A stretch of DNA of 64,000 nucleotides, taken from positions 38,747 through 102,746 of the forward strand of contig DASRWI010000001.1 of assembly GCA_035654655.1 (NCBI GenBank), read 5' to 3'. The stretch comes from Ignavibacteriaceae bacterium. Lineage in GTDB: Bacteria > Bacteroidota > Ignavibacteria > Ignavibacteriales > Ignavibacteriaceae. The position numbers were made by a program, and so were the translations under genes. The first letter of the stretch is position 1. Each line of letters opens with the position of its first letter. The notes below the pieces were generated by a model, which had not been told where the DNA came from, did no database searches, and saw only the letters and a list, made by a program, of their open reading frames with translations. Below are positions 10,910-20,256 of the stretch, in pieces.

Positions 10910-11767
10910 TTAATCTTCTTTATAAATTTCTATTTCAAGAGAAATATCCAAAGCCTTTACACTATGTGTTAACGCTCCAATAGATATATAATCCACTCCG
11001 GTTTCAGCAATTGCTTTAACCGTTGAAAAATTAACATTGCCTGAAGCTTCAACTTTACATCTATTATTTATAAATTTTACTGCTTCAGCCATTTCATCAA
11101 TTCTATAATTATCAAGCATTATCATATCTACATAATTTTCTAATGCTTCTTGTACCTGCTGCAGATTTGTAGTTTCAACTTCTATTTTAAAATTCTTTTT
11201 ATGTTTTCTATTGTATTCTTTACAAGCTTCAACAGCATTGGTAATTGAACCCTTTAAGGAAATATGATTATCCTTAATAAGAAACATATCATACAAACCA
11301 AAACGGTGATTTTCACATCCTCCGGATTTAACCGCATACTTATCAAAAATACGAAGTCCGGGAACAGTTTTTCTTGTATCTATAATTTTAGCTTTGGTAT
11401 GCTTTATAATTTGCTGATATTCATTAGCAAGGGTTGCAATACCGCTCATTCTTTGAAGGAAATTAAGAGCTATTCTTTCACCGGTTAAAATAGAAGAAGC
11501 ATCACCTTCCACCTCTGCAACAATGTCACCATAATTTACTTTACTGCCATCAAGTTTTTTGGGGATGAAAATTAAATCATCATTAACTTTTTTAAATACT
11601 CTTTCAGCAGTATAAAGTCCTGAGATAATGCCAGCTTTTTTTACCAAGAAGATTCCTCTTCCCTTAACACCTTTTGGAATTATAGCTTCCGTTGTAATAT
11701 CAGCTTCGCCAACATCTTCAATCAATGCAAGTTCAATAATTCTATCTAGATCGTCATACATAATCAT
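10910..11767 (-). CDS. nadC: Nicotinate-nucleotide diphosphorylase (quinolinate phosphoribosyltransferase)
   Basis: 285 aa with ALIEDVGEADITT, ERIALNFLQRMSGIAT, DTRKT.PGLR, LIKDNH and MLDN motifs. Confidence 0.92.
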   Translation of the reverse strand: MIMYDDLDRIIELALIEDVGEADITTEAIIPKGVKGRGIFLVKKAGIISGLYTAERVFKKVNDDLIFIPKKLDGSKVNYGDIVAEVEGDASSILTGERIALNFLQRMSGIATLANEYQQIIKHTKAKIIDTRKTVPGLRIFDKYAVKSGGCENHRFGLYDMFLIKDNHISLKGSITNAVEACKEYNRKHKKNFKIEVETTNLQQVQEALENYVDMIMLDNYRIDEMAEAVKFINNRCKVEASGNVNFSTVKAIAETGVDYISIGALTHSVKALDISLEIEIYKED

Positions 11768-11790
11768 CCTCAGCTTAAATAAATTTTTCT

Positions 11791-12204
11791 TTAGGGATTT
11801 AGAATTTCTGCAATCTTTTCTGTGAAAAACTGCGGGGGTTTAACAGGTCTTTTTGTTTCAGGCTTTACAAACACTAATACGGTAAAACCTTCAGCAACAA
11901 TATTTTTGTTTTCTTTGTTGTAAATTTTATAATCAATATGAACTCTTGCGCCTTTATAATCTTTCAACGTGCACTCAACAACTAATAGATCATCATAGTA
12001 AGCAGGAGATTTATACTTAACCATCAACTCAGTAACAGGCATTTCATATCCTCTTTGTTCAATTTCTTTATAAGGGATGCCATAGTCTCTTAACATTTCA
12101 GTTCTGGCTGATTCAAAATACTCAGCATATTTAGCATGGTGTAAAAACTGCATTTTATCAGTATCGCAAAAGCGCACTCTTATTTCTGTGTTATGGATAA
12201 GCAT
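11791..12204 (-). CDS. Acyl-CoA thioesterase, YbgC/4HBT hot-dog family
   Basis: 137 aa. RVRFCDTDKMQFLHHAKYAEYFE matches the 4HBT catalytic-Asp region. Confidence 0.8.
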   Translation of the reverse strand: MLIHNTEIRVRFCDTDKMQFLHHAKYAEYFESARTEMLRDYGIPYKEIEQRGYEMPVTELMVKYKSPAYYDDLLVVECTLKDYKGARVHIDYKIYNKENKNIVAEGFTVLVFVKPETKRPVKPPQFFTEKIAEILNP

Positions 12205-12255
12205 AATAATCTAAGGAAGTAAATAAAAATTGTAATTCAAAAATACCTAAAAATT

Positions 12256-13206
12256 TTACTCTATGTAAATACTCATTTTATCAAATTTTTCTAATCTATT
12301 ATCAATCAATTTATCAGGTTTTATTTTCATCAATACATTTAATTCATCTATTAAAACAGATTTTAAATTTGACGCAGCAGCTTGATAATCAGTATGAGCT
12401 CCCCCTAATGGTTCAGGAATTATTCTGTCAATAAGCTTAAATTTTAATAAATCAGGAGCAGTTAATTTCAATGCTTCAGCAGCCTGTTCTTTATAATCCC
12501 AGCTTCTCCATAAAATACTTGAACAAGATTCGGGACTTATAACAGAGTACCAGCAATTCTCCATCATTAATATTCTATCACCAACACCAATACCCAAAGC
12601 TCCGCCGCTTGCTCCTTCTCCAATAATAACAATGATTATAGGAACTCTCAGTTTACTCATTTCAAATAAGTTTTTCGCTATTGCTTCAGCCTGTCCTCTT
12701 TCTTCAGCCTCAATACCAGGATAAGCGCCGGGTGTGTCAATCATAGTCACAACAGGTATTCCAAACTTTTCGGCAGTCTTCATTAAGCGTAATGCTTTTC
12801 TATAGCCTTCAGGATTAGGCATACCAAAGTTTCTAAAAAGGTTTGTTTTGGTATCTCTTCCTTTTTGATGACCAATAATCATAACTTTATAATCATCAAT
12901 AACAGCTAAACCGCCAACAATTGCCTTATCATCTTTAAAATATCTGTCACCGTGAAGTTCAATAAAATTGGAAGTTATATTATAGATATAATCTAAAGTG
13001 TAAGGTCTTTCCGAATGTCTTGCAAGCTGAACTTTTTGCCATCTGGTCAAATCACTATATAATTCTTCTTTCAATGCTTTAACCTTCTTCTCTATTTTAT
13101 AAATTTCTTTACTAATATCAAGAGTATCAGAAAGTTGTCTCATCTCTTCAAGTTTTTCTTCAAGTTCGGCAATAGGCTTTTCGAAATCTAATACTGTCCT
13201 ACCCAC
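12256..13206 (-). CDS. accA: Acetyl-CoA carboxylase carboxyltransferase alpha subunit
   Basis: 316 aa with [30 protein letters not shown] and [13 protein letters not shown] motifs. Confidence 0.95.
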   Translation of the reverse strand: MGRTVLDFEKPIAELEEKLEEMRQLSDTLDISKEIYKIEKKVKALKEELYSDLTRWQKVQLARHSERPYTLDYIYNITSNFIELHGDRYFKDDKAIVGGLAVIDDYKVMIIGHQKGRDTKTNLFRNFGMPNPEGYRKALRLMKTAEKFGIPVVTMIDTPGAYPGIEAEERGQAEAIAKNLFEMSKLRVPIIIVIIGEGASGGALGIGVGDRILMMENCWYSVISPESCSSILWRSWDYKEQAAEALKLTAPDLLKFKLIDRIIPEPLGGAHTDYQAAASNLKSVLIDELNVLMKIKPDKLIDNRLEKFDKMSIYIE

Positions 13207-13209
13207 TAA

Positions 13210-15183
13210 TTATTTACTCCACATTTTGTTCAAAGTTTTACTTAATATTTCTATATCCAACCATATATTTTGGTTTTTTGCATAAAAGATATTTAATCTT
13301 TCTTCATCATATATACCTTCTATGTACCACAATCCTGTAAGCCCGGGTTTTCCAAAAAATAAGTTCTGTTGTTCTATTTTATTTCTTGGACCAACCAGGC
13401 TCTTCTTACCTTTTAACACCTCAGATAAAGAAGAAATAAATATTTTAAAATCACTTTTTTCTTTAGAAAACTTACCTGAAACCAAAACAAACGGATAAAC
13501 GAATATTAATAAAATAATTGACAGGGTATAATCAAATACATTTTTAATGAACTTGAATAATGGTTTAGAGATATTATAATGTAAACCAATTAAAGGAACA
13601 TTATCTAACAAAGATACATTAGATTTTCCAACCAAAAAGTCAAGATTATCACCAATTATATTAAATTCTACATTTTCATTTTTGCATGAAGCTACAATTG
13701 ACATCATTTTTGTATAGGGTATTTCCTCAGATGAAAAAATAACTTCATTAACCCCATATTCATCAATAACCTTAAGAATGTTTTCTGTGGTACCCACCAC
13801 TTCATAACCTTCTACATTCTTTCCGATATCCTTACTTGTAAATCCAATTAGTCCAACGATCTTTCTAATATCACCGTGATTCTCATTCAATTTTACAGCA
13901 ATCTTTAAAGCAGTATCATTTATACCAATTATTAAAGTCTTCTTCTTCAAAAGTTCATTCAACTTCAATCCTTTAATAAAGAATAATCTTATAAATACTC
14001 GCCAGAAGGTTAAAGAGAAGAAAAGAAGTATATAAGTAATAATTATTACAGCACGGCTGTAAGCATATTCTTTAAAGAAAAATGTTATAGATGAAAATAT
14101 AAAGAAGCTTAAAATTATTGCTCCAAAATTTTGAAGAACAGAAAAAGAATTCCTCTTGTAAATTTTTAATAAACTTGCACAAAAAATATGAATGATTGCT
14201 GGAATAGTGTATACTAATAATATATATTGCTTTGGGAATTTAAATGATGAATGAATATACTTTGCATAAATTAAGGATGCAGCATATAGTGAAAGATTAA
14301 AGAAAACAAAATCCATTAGTATGGACAGTAACACTATCCTTATCCTTCCCATAAAAGCTAATAATTTTCGGGCACCAATGGCAGTCTGCAAAATAGCTTC
14401 AACAATTAATGAACTTGATAAATGCTTTTTAACAAAAAGATGCATTGCATTATAAAAATGTTTTGTTTCATCTATGCTGCTTCTTTTTGTGCTCTCTCCC
14501 TTATAATGAATGATTTGTGTGTCGTGAACATAGTAAACTTTATATCCTGCTTTTTGAATTCTAAAACAAAGGTCTAAGTCCTCGCCATACATAAAAAATT
14601 GTTCATCGAATCCTCCAACTTTATCATATACTTCTTTCCTCATCATCATAAATGAACCTGATATAGCATCAACTTCATATGTTTCATTTTCATTAAGGTA
14701 AGTAAGATTATATCTTGCAAACAATCTGCTCTTGGGGAACATAGAACTTAATCCTGTAACTTTACAAAATGAAGTCCATGGACCGGGAAAACTTCTGCGA
14801 CAGGCAAGTTGAAGAGTACCATCAGGATTTAATATTTTACATCCTGCTAATCCTGCGTCCGGAGTCCTTTCAAAAAATTCTATCATCTTTGTGAAAGTAT
14901 CTTCCTGAACTATGGTATCCGGATTAATTAAAAGAATATATTTACCCTTGGCAATAGCAAGACCTTGATTGTTTGCTTTACCGAAACCTAAATTTTCTTT
15001 ATTAGCAAAAAGTTTAATATTGGGGAATTTTTCACAAATGAAGTCTACACTTCCATCATCCGAGGCATTATCTGCTATTATAATTTCATAAGTAAGTTTA
15101 TCCCCTGCTTTTATTATAGAATGAATTAAGTTTTGTAAAAATTCCTTAACATTATAATTCACTATAATAATAGATAAATCCAA
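13210..15183 (-). CDS. Fusion protein: N-terminal GT2 glycosyltransferase, multi-TM region, CoA-binding-like domain and a truncated PGT-like C-terminus
   Basis: 657 aa in one ORF. GT2 start DLSIIIVNYNVKEFL...ADNASDDGS. After about 6 hydrophobic helices comes KKTLIIGINDTALKIAVKL...VIFSS, as in WbaP-type PGTs. The C-terminus keeps SLVGPR and KPGLTGLW but lacks the KFRSM...DPR...DE.PQ core. Confidence 0.7.
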   Translation of the reverse strand: MDLSIIIVNYNVKEFLQNLIHSIIKAGDKLTYEIIIADNASDDGSVDFICEKFPNIKLFANKENLGFGKANNQGLAIAKGKYILLINPDTIVQEDTFTKMIEFFERTPDAGLAGCKILNPDGTLQLACRRSFPGPWTSFCKVTGLSSMFPKSRLFARYNLTYLNENETYEVDAISGSFMMMRKEVYDKVGGFDEQFFMYGEDLDLCFRIQKAGYKVYYVHDTQIIHYKGESTKRSSIDETKHFYNAMHLFVKKHLSSSLIVEAILQTAIGARKLLAFMGRIRIVLLSILMDFVFFNLSLYAASLIYAKYIHSSFKFPKQYILLVYTIPAIIHIFCASLLKIYKRNSFSVLQNFGAIILSFFIFSSITFFFKEYAYSRAVIIITYILLFFSLTFWRVFIRLFFIKGLKLNELLKKKTLIIGINDTALKIAVKLNENHGDIRKIVGLIGFTSKDIGKNVEGYEVVGTTENILKVIDEYGVNEVIFSSEEIPYTKMMSIVASCKNENVEFNIIGDNLDFLVGKSNVSLLDNVPLIGLHYNISKPLFKFIKNVFDYTLSIILLIFVYPFVLVSGKFSKEKSDFKIFISSLSEVLKGKKSLVGPRNKIEQQNLFFGKPGLTGLWYIEGIYDEERLNIFYAKNQNIWLDIEILSKTLNKMWSK

Positions 15184-15195
15184 TAGAAGTGCCTT

Positions 15196-15915
15196 TTATA
15201 AAATGCCTAAAATACTTCTGACCCTTAACTTCCATACCATTAAAACAGCTTCACGCACAATCTTTTTCGACATTTTTGAACTGCCTGCTATTCTATCCAC
15301 AAATATTATTGGAATTTCTCCAATCTTAAATCCTTTTTTCCAGGCTTTGAAAGTTATTTCAATTTGAAATGCATAACCATTTGATCTTACTTTACTCAAA
15401 TCAATTGAACGAAGAACTTCAGTCTTGAAACATTTAAACCCACCTGTAGCATCTCTTACAGGAAGACCTGTGATAATTCTTGTATATACATTAGCAAAAA
15501 AGCTTAATAACAATCTTTTCATTGGCCAGTTAATAACATTAACTCCATTAATATATCTGCTGCCAAGAACAAGGTCATATTTTTTTATTGCTTCTAAAAA
15601 ATTTCCAATTTCTTTGGGGTCGTGAGAAAAATCGGCATCCATTTCAAAAACATTATCATAATCATTTTGCAATGCGAATCTAAATCCATCAAGATATGCA
15701 GTACCTAAACCCATTTTCCTGGGTCTTCTTAATAATTTTATTCTTTCATTATCTATAGATAAGCTTTCTACATAATTTCCAGTGCCATCAGGCGAATTAT
15801 CATCAACAATCAGTACATCTACAGTTTCATATTTACCCAATAATTCAGGCAATAGCTTTTGAATATTATCAAGTTCGTTGTATGTGGGTATTATAATTAA
15901 GGACCTACCTGGCAT
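15196..15915 (-). CDS. Polyprenol-phosphate mannose/glucose synthase-like GT2 glycosyltransferase
   Basis: 239 aa with IIIPTYNELDNI, VDDNSPDGT, MDADFSHDP and GSRY, the pattern of dolichol/polyprenol-P-mannose synthases. Confidence 0.8.
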   Translation of the reverse strand: MPGRSLIIIPTYNELDNIQKLLPELLGKYETVDVLIVDDNSPDGTGNYVESLSIDNERIKLLRRPRKMGLGTAYLDGFRFALQNDYDNVFEMDADFSHDPKEIGNFLEAIKKYDLVLGSRYINGVNVINWPMKRLLLSFFANVYTRIITGLPVRDATGGFKCFKTEVLRSIDLSKVRSNGYAFQIEITFKAWKKGFKIGEIPIIFVDRIAGSSKMSKKIVREAVLMVWKLRVRSILGIL

Positions 15916-15992
15916 AGCACTCTTTTCGAAAATTTTTATTAAATAATAATAAGAAAGATTTACTTAAAATAAAAAACTAAAGGGGTATATTT

Positions 15993-17393
15993 CTATTGAC
16001 CTTTTCCAAACAAGACAACAAAAACTGTTCTAAATAAAATTTTGAAATCCATACGTAAAGAAATATTTTCAATATAAAACAAATCATATCTCAACTTCAC
16101 TTTTACGTCTTCAATTGATTCATCATATTTATGTTTTACCTGCGCCCATCCTGTAATGCCGGGACGAACTTTGAGTCTTCTTTTATAATATGGTATTTCT
16201 TCTGAAAGTTTCTCAACAAAGAATGGCCTTTCTGGTCGTGGTCCTACAAGACTCATTTCCCCCTTAAGAACATTAAACATTTGAGGAATTTCATCAATTC
16301 TAACCTTCCTGATAAACCTTCCCACTCTTGTAATTCGCGGGTCATTCTTTTGAGACCAAACCGGTCCTGTCATCTTTTCAGCATCCGGTCTCATTGATCT
16401 GAATTTTAACATCCTAAACTCTTCCCCATTTAACCCGCATCTTTCCTGCTTAAAGAAAACCGGACCTTTAGATTCAAGCCTTATTGCTAATGCTGTTAAT
16501 AAGGTAATTGGCAAAGTAATTATTAATATTAGTAAAGAAATGAAAACATCAAGAATTCTCTTTAATCTTTTCTCCCACTCAGGCATAAGCTGAGGCATAA
16601 TATCAATAAGAGGAATACTATATAATTGAGTAGTTCTTGCCTGACCACTTAAAATTTCATAAAGGTCAGGAACTATTTTAAGTCCAACATTTTTGAATTC
16701 ACATTTTGCTATGATATCAATTAATAAATTATGGTCTTCTTTTTCTAAAGCAATGATAACTTCTTTTGCATCGAGTTGGTCAATAAGGTCAGAAACTTCC
16801 ATATAGCTGCCAATAACATCAACACCTTTATAACTTCTTCCAATTTTTTCATCTCTTAAAGTCGCATAACCTTTAACATCATAACCTAATTGACGATGCT
16901 GAATAAGTTGGTCGTGAACTTCGTGTCCTTTTTCATTAAAACCAATTATCAAAGCATTTCTTCTGCCAATCCCCTTTATCAGCATATTTTTTTGTAAGCT
17001 TCGAACAAAAAGTCTTCCCATACCTACAAAGAAAATTAAGAATCCCCAATAAATAAAAATGAAAAATCTGGATATTCCCTGAGTTTGACTTTCCTGAATA
17101 TCATCTAAAAATATTAAAAAGAATAAAATAAATATTCCGAAGAATGAAGCTTTTAGTAAAGTAGAAATCTCATCTAATCTTGAAGAAGCAAACCAGGTCC
17201 TGTACATTCCTACAAATGTAAAAATGATAAGCCAGTAAAAGTAAACAGCAAGCATAGGAGGAAAAAATTCAGGGATTGATGCTAATGTAAACCAACCGGA
17301 TTGTACTCTTAAATACCAGAAAAGAATAAAAGATATGTTTATAGTTATAAAATCAATAATTAAGATTAAACTTTTTTCTACCTTTTTGTTCAA
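15993..17393 (-). CDS. Polyprenyl-phosphate glycosylphosphotransferase (WbaP/WcaJ-type initiating sugar transferase)
   Basis: 466 aa: N-terminal TM helices, a central NAD/CoA-binding-like domain and a complete catalytic domain (GPVFFKQERCGLNGEEFRMLKFRSM...DPRITRVGRFIRKVRIDEIPQMFNVLKGEMSLVGPRP...RPGITGWAQV). Confidence 0.9.
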   Translation of the reverse strand: MNKKVEKSLILIIDFITINISFILFWYLRVQSGWFTLASIPEFFPPMLAVYFYWLIIFTFVGMYRTWFASSRLDEISTLLKASFFGIFILFFLIFLDDIQESQTQGISRFFIFIYWGFLIFFVGMGRLFVRSLQKNMLIKGIGRRNALIIGFNEKGHEVHDQLIQHRQLGYDVKGYATLRDEKIGRSYKGVDVIGSYMEVSDLIDQLDAKEVIIALEKEDHNLLIDIIAKCEFKNVGLKIVPDLYEILSGQARTTQLYSIPLIDIMPQLMPEWEKRLKRILDVFISLLILIITLPITLLTALAIRLESKGPVFFKQERCGLNGEEFRMLKFRSMRPDAEKMTGPVWSQKNDPRITRVGRFIRKVRIDEIPQMFNVLKGEMSLVGPRPERPFFVEKLSEEIPYYKRRLKVRPGITGWAQVKHKYDESIEDVKVKLRYDLFYIENISLRMDFKILFRTVFVVLFGKGQ

Positions 17394-17499
17394 TATTTTT
17401 CTTTATTTTGTTAGGAAAAATTAATTACTTGCTAAATATAAGAATTAGCTCTTTTATTTAATATATCAATTTTAATATTATTCGATTTTGGGACAAAAA

Positions 17500-20043
17500 A
17501 TGAAAAACTTTTTATTTCTTTTAATATCCGCTGTTTTAGCTTTTTATCTAATGAATGATAAATTCAGGTTTAATAATGAAAAACCCGCTAAATATCCTGA
17601 TGAATATTCATTTATAAAAAAAACATATCCATACTATAATGCAGATAAAGACGTATACCTTCAGGCTTTAAAGCAGGTTGAAGAAATGAAATCTCAAAAA
17701 TTAAGCAAAGTAAATAATTCTTCCTGGGAATTTGCTGGTCCTATTAATATTGGTGGAAGAGTTGTTGATATTGAATTTAATCCTCTTAACGCACAAATAG
17801 TTTATGCAGCTTCGGCTACCGGTGGAGTTTTTAAATCCACTGATAAAGGACATAATTGGTTTCCCATTTTTGATGACCAGGCAACTTTATCAATAGGTAA
17901 TATTGAATTGGACCCTATAAATCCTGATATCATATATGTTGGAACAGGTGAACCTAATGGAGGTCATAACAATTTTACAGGAAGTGGCGTATTTAAATCT
18001 ACCGATGCCGGTTCGACCTGGTTTTTCTTAGGCTTGCAAAATACCCATTCAATAGGAAGAATTGTTATTGATCCTGTTAATACAAATAATGTATTCGTTG
18101 CTGCTACTGGCTCATATTTCGGAAGAGATAATGATAGAGGAATTTTTAAAAGTACAGATGGAGGAACAACCTGGAATCAAAGTTTATTTGTAACAGATTC
18201 AACTGCTGGTATTGATGTTATTATGGCACCTGATAATCCACAAGTATTGTATGCTGCAATGTGGGAAAGATACAGAACTCCTCATCTATCTCATCTTAAT
18301 GGTCCAACAAGTGGAATTTATAAAACTACAAATGGCGGAACAACCTGGGATAAAATTTCTGCAGCCTCAGGATTTCCTCAATCAGGAGTTGGCAGAATAG
18401 GTTTATCAATAAGCAGACAAAATTCAAATGTAATTTATGCATTAGTAAATAATGGCACTGAATATATTGGACTTTATAAAACAACCAATGCTGGCACTAA
18501 TTGGTTTAATGTTGATAACGACAATGAAATTGTAGATGGATGTTCGAATTTCAGCTGGTACTTTGGACAAGTACGAATTGACCCTTCAAACGATAATATA
18601 ATTTATGCTTTAGATGTTTCCTTTATGAGGTCTACTGATGCAGGTAACTCCTGGCCGATAATGTATGGCTATAGCGGTAATCAATATCAGCTTCACGTTG
18701 ACCATCATGCACTTGCTTTCGCTCCTGATGATCCAAATTATGTTATATCTGGTAATGACGGTGGAATGAATATTTCTACAAACAAAGGGTTAACCTGGTC
18801 TGATCCTGTTCAATTGCCTGCAACTCAATTTTATGAAATAGGTTTGGATTATAATAATCCACAAAAATTATATGGAGGTACTCAGGATAATAGTACAATC
18901 AGAACTCAAGCAGGAGCACTCGATGATTGGGAAGTTATTTATGGTGGTGATGGTTTTTATACTATAGTAGATTATTCTAATCCGGATATAATTTATGCAG
19001 AATCTCAATTTGGAGATTTAGGAAAATCAGTTAATGGCGGTGCCTCATTTAGTTATGCAATGAATGGAATAAGTTTTAGTGAACCTACAAACTGGTCAAC
19101 TCCAGTTATAATGGATTTTAACAATACCAATATTTTATACTATGGAACATATAAAATTTATAGAACAACAAATGGTGCTGCTAACTGGACAGCAATAAGC
19201 CCTAAACTTACTATATCCCCTGATGGTGCAAGATTAGGTACAATTACAACCATTGCGGTTTCCCCTTCCAATCCAAGTTATATTTATTGCGGAACAGATG
19301 ATGGTCAGGTTTGGGTTACTTTTAATAATGGCGCTACCTGGCAAAATGTTTCCGCCGGATTGCCAGATAGATGGGTTACCAGAGTTGCAGTTAATCCAAC
19401 TGAACCCAATAAAATTTATGTTACATTCTCAGGATTAAAATGGAGAGATCCTCAGCCTCATGTTTTCAAAAGTATAGACTTAGGTCAGCACTGGATAGAC
19501 ATCAGCAGCAATCTTCCTGATGCTCCTGTAGATGCCTTTGCTGTGGATAATAATAATCCAAATACATTGTACTTGGGAAATGATGTTGGTGCATTTGTAA
19601 GTTATAATGATGGTGAACAATGGGAAGTACTTGGCGAAGGATTACCTGTTGTGGTTGTTAATGACTTAAAGATTCATCCTAATGAAAATTATTTAGCTGC
19701 GGGTACTCACGGAAGAGGTATTTGGAAAATAAATATCAATCCTGTTACAAGTGTTAACGATAAAAATATTGTTCAAAGTTTTGGATTAAAACAGAACTAC
19801 CCAAATCCATTTAATCCATCAACAACAATAGATTTCAATATTTCAGAAAGAAGTAATGTGAATTTGACAATCTACAATTTACAAGGAGAAGTTGTTGATG
19901 TATTATTGAATAAAGAAATGCAGCCGGGAAAACATAAAGCTGAATGGAATACATCAAATAAAAATTTAGCAAGTGGAATATATTTCTATAAACTAAAGGC
20001 AGGAAATCAAACCGAAACACGAAAAATGATATTGATGAAATAG
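17500..20043 (+). CDS. Secreted sortilin/VPS10-like multi-Asp-box beta-propeller protein with T9SS C-terminal sorting domain
   Basis: About 12 Asp-box repeats (STDKGHNW, STDAGSTW, STDGGTTW, TTNGGTTW, TTNAGTNW, STDAGNSW, STNKGLTW and others). C-terminal NYPNPFNPSTTIDFNI...KMILMK. The ORF track starts at TTG 17488; ATG 17500 (MKNFLFLLISAVLAF) is the more likely start. Confidence 0.8.
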   Translation: MKNFLFLLISAVLAFYLMNDKFRFNNEKPAKYPDEYSFIKKTYPYYNADKDVYLQALKQVEEMKSQKLSKVNNSSWEFAGPINIGGRVVDIEFNPLNAQIVYAASATGGVFKSTDKGHNWFPIFDDQATLSIGNIELDPINPDIIYVGTGEPNGGHNNFTGSGVFKSTDAGSTWFFLGLQNTHSIGRIVIDPVNTNNVFVAATGSYFGRDNDRGIFKSTDGGTTWNQSLFVTDSTAGIDVIMAPDNPQVLYAAMWERYRTPHLSHLNGPTSGIYKTTNGGTTWDKISAASGFPQSGVGRIGLSISRQNSNVIYALVNNGTEYIGLYKTTNAGTNWFNVDNDNEIVDGCSNFSWYFGQVRIDPSNDNIIYALDVSFMRSTDAGNSWPIMYGYSGNQYQLHVDHHALAFAPDDPNYVISGNDGGMNISTNKGLTWSDPVQLPATQFYEIGLDYNNPQKLYGGTQDNSTIRTQAGALDDWEVIYGGDGFYTIVDYSNPDIIYAESQFGDLGKSVNGGASFSYAMNGISFSEPTNWSTPVIMDFNNTNILYYGTYKIYRTTNGAANWTAISPKLTISPDGARLGTITTIAVSPSNPSYIYCGTDDGQVWVTFNNGATWQNVSAGLPDRWVTRVAVNPTEPNKIYVTFSGLKWRDPQPHVFKSIDLGQHWIDISSNLPDAPVDAFAVDNNNPNTLYLGNDVGAFVSYNDGEQWEVLGEGLPVVVVNDLKIHPNENYLAAGTHGRGIWKININPVTSVNDKNIVQSFGLKQNYPNPFNPSTTIDFNISERSNVNLTIYNLQGEVVDVLLNKEMQPGKHKAEWNTSNKNLASGIYFYKLKAGNQTETRKMILMK
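19801..20043 (+). repeat. Copy 1 of a 243-nt near-identical segment encoding the T9SS sorting domain
   Basis: Aligns base for base with 21652..21894 (offset 1851). I counted about 8 mismatches by eye. Confidence 0.9.
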
Positions 20044-20122
20044 AGCTAAGGTACACTGAGTGTTTTTTGTTCCGGTTTATCCTAGCAAAAAATGTTTCGA
20101 AGTGTCCGAAGCAAAAAAATTT

Positions 20123-20151
20123 TAGCCCACGACTTTAATCGTGGGTTTTTT
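20123..20151 (+). terminator. Rho-independent terminator; also copy A of the dispersed TAGCCC...GGGT palindromic element
   Basis: CCCACGA (20126..20132), loop CTTTAA, TCGTGGG (20139..20145), followed by TTTTTT. Confidence 0.8.
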
Positions 20152-20256
20152 ATATACAATTAATTTGTATTATCCTTTTCATATACTTAAATTAATTCCA
20201 TCCTTTGCAGAAAAAATTTGTTCGTATTGTTTTCTGAATTTTTACAGGAGAATAAA

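Noticed and set aside
13210-15183. The GT2/PGT-like gene as a frameshifted pseudogene or as two separate genes
   Set aside because: The ORF is continuous for 657 codons with no internal stop. The missing catalytic segment looks like a clean in-frame deletion or divergence, so I kept it as a single CDS.
9440-17393. Treating flippase through PGT as one dedicated exopolysaccharide gene cluster
   Set aside because: The glycan genes are interrupted by unrelated housekeeping genes (nadC, a thioesterase, accA). All are co-directional, but I cannot support a single functional cluster from sequence alone, so the individual genes are reported instead.
19835-20056. Minus-strand ORF 19835..20056 and its twin 21686..21871 with nearly identical proteins
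   Set aside because: They are the antisense shadow of the duplicated T9SS sorting-domain cassette. Their similarity is explained by the 243-nt repeat, not by a conserved antisense gene.
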